From: Candidatus Brocadiia bacterium
GTDB taxonomy: Bacteria > Planctomycetota > Brocadiia > CAIUPP01
Reading direction: 5' to 3'
Assembly (NCBI GenBank): GCA_050015075.1
Contig: JBEKCB010000005.1
Span: forward strand, 137,436-201,435
DNA: 64,000 bases
The position numbers and the translations under genes are program-made. Of this stretch, positions 20,078 through 29,400 are shown piece after piece. Positions within the stretch are counted from its first letter, which is position 1. Each line of letters starts with the position of its first letter. The notes under the pieces were generated by a model. It did not search any database. It had not been told where the DNA came from and saw only the letters and a program-made list of their open reading frames with translations.

Positions 20078-20905
20078 ATGTGCAGCCCGTTGACGGAATA
20101 TCTCGAGTCCATGTTCAGCCTCGAAGGCCGCACCGCCGTGGTGACCGGCGGCGGCGGAGTGCTCTGCAGCCGCATGGCCGAGGCGCTGGCCCAGGCCGGC
20201 GCGAGCGTCATCCTCTGGGACGTCCGCCAGGACGCGCTCAACGAGAAGGTCGCCCAGATCCGCAAGACCCTCGGCGACGACAAGCGCGCCAACGCCGTTC
20301 AGGTGGACCTGATGAACGAAGACTCCATCCGCGCCGGGATCGAGAAGTCCGTGAAGTTCACCGGCCAGGTGGACATCCTCCTCAACGGCGCCGGCGGCAA
20401 CCGCGGCAAGTCCACGCTCCAGGAGGTCAAGGCCGAGGACATCGAATTCGTCCTCAAGCTGAACTTGCTCGCCGGCTGCATCCTGCCGGTGAAGCATTTC
20501 TCCAAGTACTGGATCGAGAAGAAGATCAAGGGCACGATCATCAACATCGCCTCGATGGCGTCGTTCAACCCGCTCTCGGGCGTCTACGCCTATTCGGCCG
20601 CCAAGGCGGCGGTGATGAACCAGACGGTAGCGCAGGCCAAGGAGCTGGCCCCGTTCGGCATCCGCGCCAACGCCATCGCGCCGGGATTCCTCATCGCCGA
20701 CCAGAACCGCGCGCTGCTGCTCAACCCGGACGGCTCACTCACGCCGCGCGGGCAGGCGGTCATCCATCATACGCCCGCCGGCCGGTTCGGCGAGGCCCAC
20801 GAACTCGTCGGCGCGATCCTGTTCCTGGCCTCCGACAAGGCCGCCGGCTTCGTCAGCGGCATCACCCTGCCGGTGGACGGCGCGTACCTGGCGTTCAACA
20901 TCTGA
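20078..20905 (+). CDS. SDR family oxidoreductase (D-mannonate/gluconate dehydrogenase-like)
   Basis: TGGGGVL, NGAGGN, YSAAK, NAIAPGF...QNRALL, HTPAGRFG. Confidence 0.88.
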   Translation: MCSPLTEYLESMFSLEGRTAVVTGGGGVLCSRMAEALAQAGASVILWDVRQDALNEKVAQIRKTLGDDKRANAVQVDLMNEDSIRAGIEKSVKFTGQVDILLNGAGGNRGKSTLQEVKAEDIEFVLKLNLLAGCILPVKHFSKYWIEKKIKGTIINIASMASFNPLSGVYAYSAAKAAVMNQTVAQAKELAPFGIRANAIAPGFLIADQNRALLLNPDGSLTPRGQAVIHHTPAGRFGEAHELVGAILFLASDKAAGFVSGITLPVDGAYLAFNI

Positions 20906-20925
20906 TCTCGAACAAGGGAAAAGGC

Positions 20926-21834
20926 ATGGCCGGCGATCCGCAGGCGCCGCTCAAGGCGCTCGAGCCGAAGCACGAGTTCTTCATCGGCATTGACTCGGAC
21001 GGCTGCGCGTTCGACACGATGGAGATCAAGCACAAGGAGTGCTTCTGCCCGAACTTCATTGACCATTTTCACTGCCAGGCGGTCAGCAAGTACACGCGCG
21101 ACGCCTGGGACTTCGTCAACCTCTACTCGAAATGGCGCGGCTGCAACCGGTGGCAGGCGGTCGTCCGCGTCCTCGACCTGCTCCACGACCGCGACGAGGT
21201 CAAACGCCGCCACGCGAAGATCACCGAGGGCAAGGCCATCAAGGAGTTCGCGAGATCCAACAAGGTGCTGAGCAACGACACGCTCAAGGAAGCGATCGCG
21301 CGCGCCCACGATCCGGCGGCGAAGAAGGAGCTCGAGGAGGCGCTCGCCTGGTCGAAGGCGGTCAACGAGTCCATCGCGAAGATGGTGCATGACGTGCCGC
21401 CCTTCCCGTTCGTCCGCGAGTGCCTGGAGAAGGCGTTCAAGAAGGCGGACATGATCGTCGTCAGCCAGACGCCGACCGAGGCGCTCGTCCGCGAGTGGAA
21501 GGAACACCGCATCGAAGGGCACGTCAGCCTCATCGCCGGCCAGGAGATGGGCAGCAAATCCGAGCACATTCAGTTCGCCGCCGGCGGCAAATACCCGCCG
21601 TCGAAGATCCTCATGATCGGCGACGCGCCCGGCGACCTCAAGGCCGCCCGCGACAACAGCGCGCTGTTCTTCCCCATTGATCCGGGCAGCGAGGACGCTT
21701 CCTGGCAAGTGCTCTTCGAGGAGGGCCTCGACCGCTTCTTCGCGGGCACTTACGCCGGCGCATACGAGAAGAGACTCGTCGAACAGTTCGACCGGCTGCT
21801 GCCCGAGCGGCCGCCGTGGAAGAAGAAGGGCTGA
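20926..21834 (+). CDS. HAD family hydrolase
   Basis: IGIDSDGCAFDTMEIKH, VVSQT, GQEMGSK, LMIGDAPGD; C-terminal part of ORF 20080..21834. Confidence 0.88.
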   Translation: MAGDPQAPLKALEPKHEFFIGIDSDGCAFDTMEIKHKECFCPNFIDHFHCQAVSKYTRDAWDFVNLYSKWRGCNRWQAVVRVLDLLHDRDEVKRRHAKITEGKAIKEFARSNKVLSNDTLKEAIARAHDPAAKKELEEALAWSKAVNESIAKMVHDVPPFPFVRECLEKAFKKADMIVVSQTPTEALVREWKEHRIEGHVSLIAGQEMGSKSEHIQFAAGGKYPPSKILMIGDAPGDLKAARDNSALFFPIDPGSEDASWQVLFEEGLDRFFAGTYAGAYEKRLVEQFDRLLPERPPWKKKG

Positions 21835-21887
21835 GCCATTGTCAATGGCCCATTCCTGACGGATAGCGGATAAGGGATGATAGGCTT

Positions 21888-21966
21888 GGGCCGGTTTCGG
21901 CATTACCCCATGGCCTTCGCATGAACCCCTCGTGCGTTGGTTCAGCCGAGGCCGGCCCTTTTTATT
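21888..21966 (+). ncRNA. candidate structured RNA / attenuator-like terminator
   Basis: 14-bp outer stem (two G-U pairs), inner TGAACC/GGTTCA hairpin, then TTTTTATT. Confidence 0.4.
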
Positions 21967-22007
21967 GCCGCAGGTGAAAAAACGTTCTCGGACAGTTGGA
22001 GAATCGA

Positions 22008-23390
22008 ATGGATCCCCGGCGGGAAAACATGCTGCGCGAGCTGCGGTCCATCCTCGGCGCCGAGCGCGTCTCGGCCGAGATCGAGGAGCGGATCCTCGCG
22101 TCTTACGACGGCACGCGCCGCTCCGCGCTGCCGGACATCGTCGCGTTCCCGCAGACCGCCGAGGAAATCTCCCGCGTGCTGCGCTGGGCAAACCGCGAGA
22201 AGACGCCGGTCTATCCGCGCGGCGCGGCGAGCGGGCTGACCGGCGGCGCGGTGCCCGTCGGCGGCGGAGTCGCGCTCGACCTCCGGCGGATGAACCGCAT
22301 CCTCGAGGTGGACGACGACAACCAGGTGGCCACTGTCGAGCCGGGCGTCACCGTCAGCGATTTCCAGGCCGAGGTGCAGCGCCGCGGCCTGTTCTATCCG
22401 CCCGACCCCGCCAGCGCGGATTTCTCCACGCTCGGCGGCAACGTCGCCGAATGCGCCGGCGGGCTGCGCGCGGTCAAGTACGGCGTCACGCGCGATTACG
22501 TCACCGGCCTCGAGGTCGTCCTGCCGCAGGGCGACATCATCCACGTCGGCGCGCGCACGCTGAAGTGCGTCACCGGCTACGACCTCACGCGCCTCTTCGT
22601 CGGCTCCGAAGGCACCCTCGGCGTCTTCACGAAGATCCACCTGCGCCTCATCCCGCTCCCGCCGGCGCGGCGCACGCTGCTGGCGCTCTTCGAGTCACCC
22701 GAGGCCGCCGCAAACGCCTCGACGCGCGTCCTCAAGGCCGGGATTCTGCCGGCCGCGCTGGAGTTCATAGATGACGTGACGATCGAGTGCATCCGCAAGA
22801 AGCAGCCGCTGGATATCCCCGCCGCCGCGCGGGGCGCGCTCATCATCGAGCTCGACGGCGACGAGGCCTCCTGCGTCTCCGGCATCGGGATCATTGCGGG
22901 CGTTCTCGCCCGGAACGGGGCGCTGGAGAGCCGCCGCGCCGACACGCCCGCCGACCGGACGCGGCTTTGGGCGTTCCGCAAGGCCGCCTCGCCCGCGCTG
23001 TTCGCGGCCTTACCGAACAAGCTCAACGAGGACATCTGCGTCCTGCCGAGCCGCACCTCCGAGATGCTCCGCCGCACGCGCGACATCGCCGCGAAGCACG
23101 GAGTCCTCATCGCCAACTACGGGCACATCGGCGAGGGGAACCTGCACGTGAATATCATGTACCCGCACGGCGAAAAGGCGCACGCCGAAGCCGAGGCGGC
23201 CTCGGTCGAGGTCATGAAAGCCGCCCTCGAACTCGGCGGCACACTCTCCGGCGAGCACGGCATCGGCCTGACCAAGCTGGAGTTCCTTCCGCTCGAAGTC
23301 GCCCCCGTCGAACTCGCGCTCATGCGCTCCATCAAGAAACTGCTCGACCCGAACAACATCCTCAACCCGGGGAAAATTTTCAGTTCCTGA
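22008..23390 (+). CDS. FAD-linked oxidase, GlcD / D-lactate dehydrogenase family
   Basis: PRGAASGLTGGA, YPPDPAS, STLGGNVAECAGG, KYGVTRDYV, GSEGTLG, GHIGEGNLH, SGEHGIG, LNPGK. Confidence 0.93.
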   Translation: MDPRRENMLRELRSILGAERVSAEIEERILASYDGTRRSALPDIVAFPQTAEEISRVLRWANREKTPVYPRGAASGLTGGAVPVGGGVALDLRRMNRILEVDDDNQVATVEPGVTVSDFQAEVQRRGLFYPPDPASADFSTLGGNVAECAGGLRAVKYGVTRDYVTGLEVVLPQGDIIHVGARTLKCVTGYDLTRLFVGSEGTLGVFTKIHLRLIPLPPARRTLLALFESPEAAANASTRVLKAGILPAALEFIDDVTIECIRKKQPLDIPAAARGALIIELDGDEASCVSGIGIIAGVLARNGALESRRADTPADRTRLWAFRKAASPALFAALPNKLNEDICVLPSRTSEMLRRTRDIAAKHGVLIANYGHIGEGNLHVNIMYPHGEKAHAEAEAASVEVMKAALELGGTLSGEHGIGLTKLEFLPLEVAPVELALMRSIKKLLDPNNILNPGKIFSS

Positions 23391-23398
23391 CGGCTTGA

Positions 23399-24028
23399 CT
23401 ATGCGCCGTGGTATCGTTTCTTTACGGTCGCCGGACCCTGATGCCCTACGGAGCGGGCGATCTGGTCAAGCCGTTGTACGCCGATGAAGCCGTGATATTT
23501 CGCCGCCAGCGAGCGAAGACGGGCATAGCTTTTGGTCGGCGTAACCTTGAGAAGCTCGGCGACGTCCCGGTCGTCCTTGGCGTCGAAGATGGCCAGCTTC
23601 ATGCAAACCAGGTGATCCCGCGGAACGACGGGCACGGCGAAAGGACCGATGTGAAGGCGTTTGCGCTGTCGTCGCGCGGCCCGGACGGCATCGGCGAATA
23701 GCCCCGACAAATGCGGGTGCCGGTCTATGAAGTCAACGGCGATTCCCGACGTCCGTACTCCGCACCCGCCGATATCCAGACTCTTGACTTTGTACCCTTT
23801 ATCCGAAGCGATTACCGCAAGATCGCGCTCGCGCCCATAAGGCACCGCGAAATTAACTTCCTTCGTGAGTCCTTGCCCTTCAGCGGGAACATAACTCCAC
23901 ACTGCCAGCCGGCCGGCGAGAGCAAATGGCGTACGGGCTTCGCGCAAAATCGTGAGACCCGCCAAAAGCGACTTCTCGGCATCAAACCGAAGAGAGGACA
24001 TGTCGGTCTGCTTCCGATATCTCGCCAC
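23399..24028 (-). CDS. nucleotidyltransferase-fold protein (DUF6036/AbiEii-like), degenerate motif
   Basis: FALAGRLAV...TKEVNFAV, VDFI, LVCMKL...KDDRDV; RBS GAAGGAG; lower GC. Confidence 0.6.
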   Translation of the reverse strand: MARYRKQTDMSSLRFDAEKSLLAGLTILREARTPFALAGRLAVWSYVPAEGQGLTKEVNFAVPYGRERDLAVIASDKGYKVKSLDIGGCGVRTSGIAVDFIDRHPHLSGLFADAVRAARRQRKRLHIGPFAVPVVPRDHLVCMKLAIFDAKDDRDVAELLKVTPTKSYARLRSLAAKYHGFIGVQRLDQIARSVGHQGPATVKKRYHGA

Positions 24029-24042
24029 GGTGCGCTCTCCTT

Positions 24043-25983
24043 CTAAGGCTTCTTCGCCTTGACGAAGTTCAGCATTCCGCCGGCCAGGATGATCTCGCGT
24101 TCCCGCGGGCCCAACTCGCAGCGGAGGGCGATGGTCAGGTCCTTCGCGGGGACCTTCAATTCGAGGTCCTTCCCGGCGGCGATCCGCGCGCGCAGGTCGG
24201 TGACCTCGACGCGGTCGCCCTGCTGCAGACGGTCGTAGTCCGCCTCGTTGACGAACGTCGCCGGGACGATGCCGAAGTTGATGAGGTTGGACCGGTGGAT
24301 GCGCTCGATCGTCTTAGCGGCGACCATCCGAACGCCGAGGTGCATCGGGCATAACGCCGCGTGCTCGCGGCTGGAACCCTGCCCGTAACTCAGTCCCGCG
24401 ACGATCACGTTGTCCACGCCGTTCTTTTTATTCGACCCCGCGCGGCCGGCGAAAGTCGCGTCCACGTTCTCGAACACGAACTCGGAGTACTTGGCGATGT
24501 TCGACCGGTACTTCATCCGCGAACCGGCCGGGATGATGTGGTCGGTCGTGACCTTGTCGCCGACCTTGATGGCGACCTCGCCCGCGATCCGCTCCTTGAG
24601 CGGCTCGGCGACCGGCGGCAGCCCGATACCGGCGCCGCGGTAAATCTCGACCTTCGATCGGTCCGCCGGCGGCTGGAGGATCATCGCGTCGTCCACGTGG
24701 AATTTCTTCGGCAGCCGGATCGCCGGCGGCGCGGAGCCGAGGTCGCGCGGGTCGGTGATGACGCCGGTGATGGCCGCGGCGGCAGCGACTTGAGGGCTGA
24801 CGAGGTAGACGTTCGCCGACTGCGTGCCGCTGCGCCCGAGGAAATTCCGGTTGCTGGTCCTGAGACTGACGGCATGGCTCCTCGGCGCCTGGCCGATGCC
24901 GATGCAGAACCCGCAGGCGCATTCGTTGATGCGCGCGCCGGCCGCGATGAGCGCCGCCAGCCCGCCGCTCGCCACGATCATCTCCATCACCTGCCGCGAC
25001 GCGGGCGCGACGACCAGGCTGACATTCGGGTGCAGCCGCCGGCCTTCGAGCATCTTCGCGACGGTCATCAGGTCGCTATACGAGGAGTTCGTGCAGCTCC
25101 CGACGCAGACCTGGTCCACCGGCGTGCCGGCGATCTCGCGCACCTTGGCGATGTTGCCGGGGCTATGCGGCGTCGCGGCCAGCGGCTCGAGCGCGGAGAG
25201 GTTCACCTGCATCCGCTTCTCGTACGCCGCGCCCGGCTCCGGCTTCAGCTCGATCCATTGTTCCGCGCGCCCCTGCGCGGTCAGGAACCGCCGCGTGACA
25301 GAGTCGCTCGGGAAAACAGAGCTGGTCACGCCCATCTCGGCGCCCATGTTGGCGATCGTGGCGCGTTCCGGGACGGAGAGCGTGCGGACGCCCGGCCCGG
25401 CGTATTCGACGACGAAGCCGACGTTCCCCTTCGTCGTGAGCTGCCGCAGCATTTCCAGGATGATGTCCTTGGCTGAGACCCACGGCGAGAGTTTGCCGGC
25501 GAGGTCCACGCGGCAGACGCTCGGCGCCGCCAGCGTGAACGTCCCCTGCGCCATGGCGGCGGCCACGTCGAGCCCGCCGGCGCCGATGGCCAGGCAGCCG
25601 ATGCCGCCGGCGGTCGGCGTGTGCGAGTCGGAGCCCAGCAGCGTCTTTCCGGGGCGCGCGAACCGCTCCAGGTGCACCTGGTGGCAGATGCCGTTCCCCG
25701 CGCGCGAGTAGAGAATGCCGTATTTTGCCGCCACCGTCTGGAGATATTTCTGGTCGTCGGCGTTCTCGTAGCCGTCCTGGAGCGTGTTGTGGTCCACGTA
25801 ACTGACGGAGAGTTCCGTCTGCAGCCGCTCGGCGCCCATCGCCTCGAGCTGCAAGTACGCCATCGTCCCGGTCGCGTCCTGCGTGAGAGTCTGGTCAATC
25901 CGGATCGTCAACTCCCGGCCGGGCTCCAGGCTTCCGGAGACCATGTGTTCATTGAGGATTCTGCGGGCGACGGAAAGGCGCAT
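24043..25983 (-). CDS. aconitate hydratase
   Basis: DQTLTQDATG, YVDHN, GICHQ, GSDSHT, GSCTNSS, CGFCIG, NRNF, TTDHI, YGQGSSREHAA. Confidence 0.95.
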   Translation of the reverse strand: MRLSVARRILNEHMVSGSLEPGRELTIRIDQTLTQDATGTMAYLQLEAMGAERLQTELSVSYVDHNTLQDGYENADDQKYLQTVAAKYGILYSRAGNGICHQVHLERFARPGKTLLGSDSHTPTAGGIGCLAIGAGGLDVAAAMAQGTFTLAAPSVCRVDLAGKLSPWVSAKDIILEMLRQLTTKGNVGFVVEYAGPGVRTLSVPERATIANMGAEMGVTSSVFPSDSVTRRFLTAQGRAEQWIELKPEPGAAYEKRMQVNLSALEPLAATPHSPGNIAKVREIAGTPVDQVCVGSCTNSSYSDLMTVAKMLEGRRLHPNVSLVVAPASRQVMEMIVASGGLAALIAAGARINECACGFCIGIGQAPRSHAVSLRTSNRNFLGRSGTQSANVYLVSPQVAAAAAITGVITDPRDLGSAPPAIRLPKKFHVDDAMILQPPADRSKVEIYRGAGIGLPPVAEPLKERIAGEVAIKVGDKVTTDHIIPAGSRMKYRSNIAKYSEFVFENVDATFAGRAGSNKKNGVDNVIVAGLSYGQGSSREHAALCPMHLGVRMVAAKTIERIHRSNLINFGIVPATFVNEADYDRLQQGDRVEVTDLRARIAAGKDLELKVPAKDLTIALRCELGPREREIILAGGMLNFVKAKKP

Positions 25984-26093
25984 CTGTTTTCTCCTGGTTT
26001 GCCGACTAGGGAATGCGGGTCGCAAACTGGAACGTTACACGGAATGGCCAGCAAAATCAAGGCAGCGCGGAGTGCGGATAAGGACGAAAAAAA

Positions 26094-26158
26094 GATGAAG
26101 GCTTAAGAACGGCGGCAGATTATGAGCCGTCTTTATCCTTCATCCTTGAATTTCACTT
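26094..26158. repeat. degenerate inverted heptamer repeats (GATGAAG / CTTCATC type)
   Basis: GATGAAG GCTTAAG ... CTTTATC CTTCATC CTTGAAT in the divergent intergenic region. Confidence 0.4.
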
Positions 26159-26401
26159 TACAAACGGGATTCCGATGGTCAAAATACGATATAGTATGGC
26201 TGACCGTCACGCGCGCGCAGCGTTCTGCGCGCGATAGGTTGGGTTGTCTGAGGAATTTCAGATAATCTCGTGTTTGAAAGCCGACTGTCCTTGGGAGGAC
26301 GGTCAAGTGGGAAATCCCGGATTACACGGCTTAAGCCTGCGCGCCGCAGCGGCGACGAGAACCGGGCGTCCCGCGCTGCGGCCATCTTTCGCGGACCCGT
26401 T

Positions 26402-29400
26402 ATGAACTCCAAAGAACGCCGAAGCAATGAGCCGTTGCAGCTCTCCTCGGAAGCGACCGCCGACTTCCGAGTGCTGGTGGAGAACCTCGCCGAGCCGGTC
26501 GTGATCATGGACCGCGCCGGCACGATCCGCTTCATGAACCCGCGCGCGGAGCGGATGCTGGTGCTGGGGCTCAAGGAACAGGTCGAAGCGTACCTGAAAA
26601 ACCCGTCCCACCGACAACCGGACAGCCAAGTCCGATTCCGTGTCGACCGCTTCGGCGACCTGGTCCTGCGAATCCACATTTCCAATGTCCCCTGGCAGGG
26701 CCAGCCGGCGATGCAGGTGTCGCTGAGGAACGTAACACACTACGTCACGCCCGCACAACGCTTCTCGGAGGAGACCGCGCAGTTCAATGGGGACAACGGC
26801 GGCTCGCAGAGATCGCTCGAGCAACTCGAGGCGCGGTTACAGGATCTCGCCGCGGAACGCGACAACGTTTACGCTGCGACTGCGCAGCGGCTCGCACAGG
26901 AGACCGCCCAGTTCCAAAAAAACCAGCAGGAGGCGCAGGCGCAGCGCGAACGGCTGGAGGCGCAGTTGAAAGAACTCGCCGCGGAGAAAGAACGCATCGA
27001 GCAGTCGCTCCGCGCCGAACTGGCGCAACTTCGCGAAGCCGCGGCCAAGGCGGAGCCGGCCAACGAGGACCTCGTCCAGGCCCGGCGGACGATGGACGAA
27101 TTAGCCGCCGCCCGCCGCGAACTCGAGGCGCGCACCGGACATAGCCCCGAGGAGTGGTCTTCATTGAGGCAGCTCCAGGCGGACGCAGCGGAAGCGGAGA
27201 GCCGGCTCGCGGCGGCGCAGAAGAAGTCCAGAGCGGCGGCCGAGAAGGCGAGCGCCGAGCGGCGCCAGGCGCAGGATGAGGCGCAGTCACTCCGCGAGCG
27301 GCTCGCCGAGGCCGAGCGCGCAACGGCGGAGTCGGCCGAGCGCAATCGGCGGCTCGACGAACAGGTGAATCAGCTCGCCGCCGAGCGCGAGAACGCCGCC
27401 CGACAGCTTCACGATGCGATCGCTGCGCGGGACCGGTCGCAGGACGAAATCGCGCGGTTGCAGCAACTGCTCGACGCAGCCGGCCGCGCGCAGGAGGAAT
27501 TGAGCGCCGGCCGCCAGGCGCTCGAGGAGCGGGCCCGGCAGCAGGCCGACGAACTCCTGAAGTCCGGCGCGCAACTTCAGGCCGAGTCCGCGAGCCGCGC
27601 CGAGGCGGAGAAGACCGTCGCACAACTTCAGGCGCAGGTCGCCGACGGCGACAACGCCAAGGCGGAAAGTGAACGCCTTCGGCAGCAGATTGCTGAAACC
27701 GAGAGCGCGGGCAAGAATCTGCATGCCGAGCAGCAGAGGCTGACGGAGCGCGCGCAACAGGCTGAGGAAGCGTCGGCAAAGCTCCGGGACCAGCTCCGGC
27801 AGCAACTCGAGGAACTCCAGCGTCTGCGGGATGCAAACAGCTTGATGGAGCAAGAGCGGGCGGCATCCGCGCGGGTGGCCGATGAACTGCGGGCCCGCAG
27901 TCAGACCATCGAGGGACGTGCGAAAGAGCAGGCCGACGAGCTGACCAAGGCGCTCGAGCAACTTCGGGCGGAAATCGCCCAGCGCGAAAAACTGACAGCA
28001 GAGGCTTCTCAACTCCGTGACGAGGCCGCCGAGTCCCGGCGCGTGCGCGAGGAGTTGGAGACACGGCTCCTCCAGCTTCAAGGACCCTTGGCGGAGCTGG
28101 CCCGCGCGCAGGAGCAATCCAAGGCAGAGCTTGCGAAAGAGACCGAGCTCCGGGCGCGAGCCGTGGCGGAAGTCCAGCAGCTCCGGCAAGAGGTTTCTGC
28201 GGCCCGGCAGGCGCAGGCACAGCTTGCCGCGCAACGGGCGGAGCTTCAAGTACAGGTCGAGGAGCTGACCGCGCCTCGGAAGCGGCCCGATGAGGAACTG
28301 GAGAAGGAGAAGGCGGCGCAGCTCGAGTTGGCGGAACTTACCGCCCGGTGCCTCCGGTTCCAGGAAGAGATCAAGAAACTGGCGGCATCGCAGGAACGGG
28401 CGAACGTGCAACTTCAAGTTGAGTACGCAGAGCGAAAACGAACGGAAGAAGAAAACGAGCAACTGCGCGAGCACGTCGCCGAGTCCAAGCGGGCTGCAGA
28501 GTACCTCAGGAATCAACGGAACGTGCTCGAGGGAGAGGTGAAACGATGCGGCGACGAAATCGCCGCGCTCACGCAACAACTTCGGCACGAAGGGGGCCAG
28601 GGGAAGCAGGCCCAAGTGGAAAATGAGCAGCTCCGGCAAGCGCAGGCAGGCTGGGAGGCCCGGTATTTCCAGGTCCAAGAGCAACTGAAGGAACTGGCCC
28701 GCGCACGGGAGGAGGTCAAGGCGCAACTGGAGAAGGAAGTCGGGCAGCGGACGCGAGCCGAGGCGGCAGTCCAGCAGCTCCGGCAGGAGGTCTCTGCGGC
28801 CCAGCGGGCGCGGGCAGAACTCGCCGCTCAGCAGACGCAGCTTCAGGCGCAGAGGAGGGAACTCTCTGTCTTCCAGGGGAACTCCCAGGCGGAGTTGGAG
28901 AGAGAGATTGTCGAACGAAAACGAGCCCAGGGCGAAGTGGAGCAGCTTCGCCACGAGCGTTTCGTCCTCCAGAAGGCGCAAGAGGAACTTGAATTGCGCC
29001 ACACGCAGTTCCAAACGCAACTGGATGACGACGCGAGGGCGCTGGACGAAGCGCGGCTGAAGCTTCAAGAGGAACACTCCCAGCGGGAGCTGTCAGAAAA
29101 GCAGAATGAACAGCTGTCGCAGGAAATCGGTCAGGTCAACCGAGCGCTGCAGGAGTCGGAGGCCAAACGCTCCGAACTGGAAGCGGCAACGACCGCCCGC
29201 CCGGCTGAGACGGAGAAGCTCGTGAAGCAGGTTGGCCAGGAGGCCGCCGAGCGCGAACAACTGCAGGCAAGGCAGCACGACCTCGAACTGGAGCTGGCCG
29301 AGCTCAGACAGGCGGAGGCAAAATGGCAGCGGCAGCGCGACGAACTGGAAGCGCTGGTGCAATTGAGGAGCGAGGCAATGGAAAAGACCGATCAGCAGCT

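Noticed and set aside
21888-21958. 6S RNA or tRNA
   Set aside because: Too short for 6S and lacking its second long stem; no T-loop, cloverleaf or CCA; kept only as an unknown structured RNA candidate
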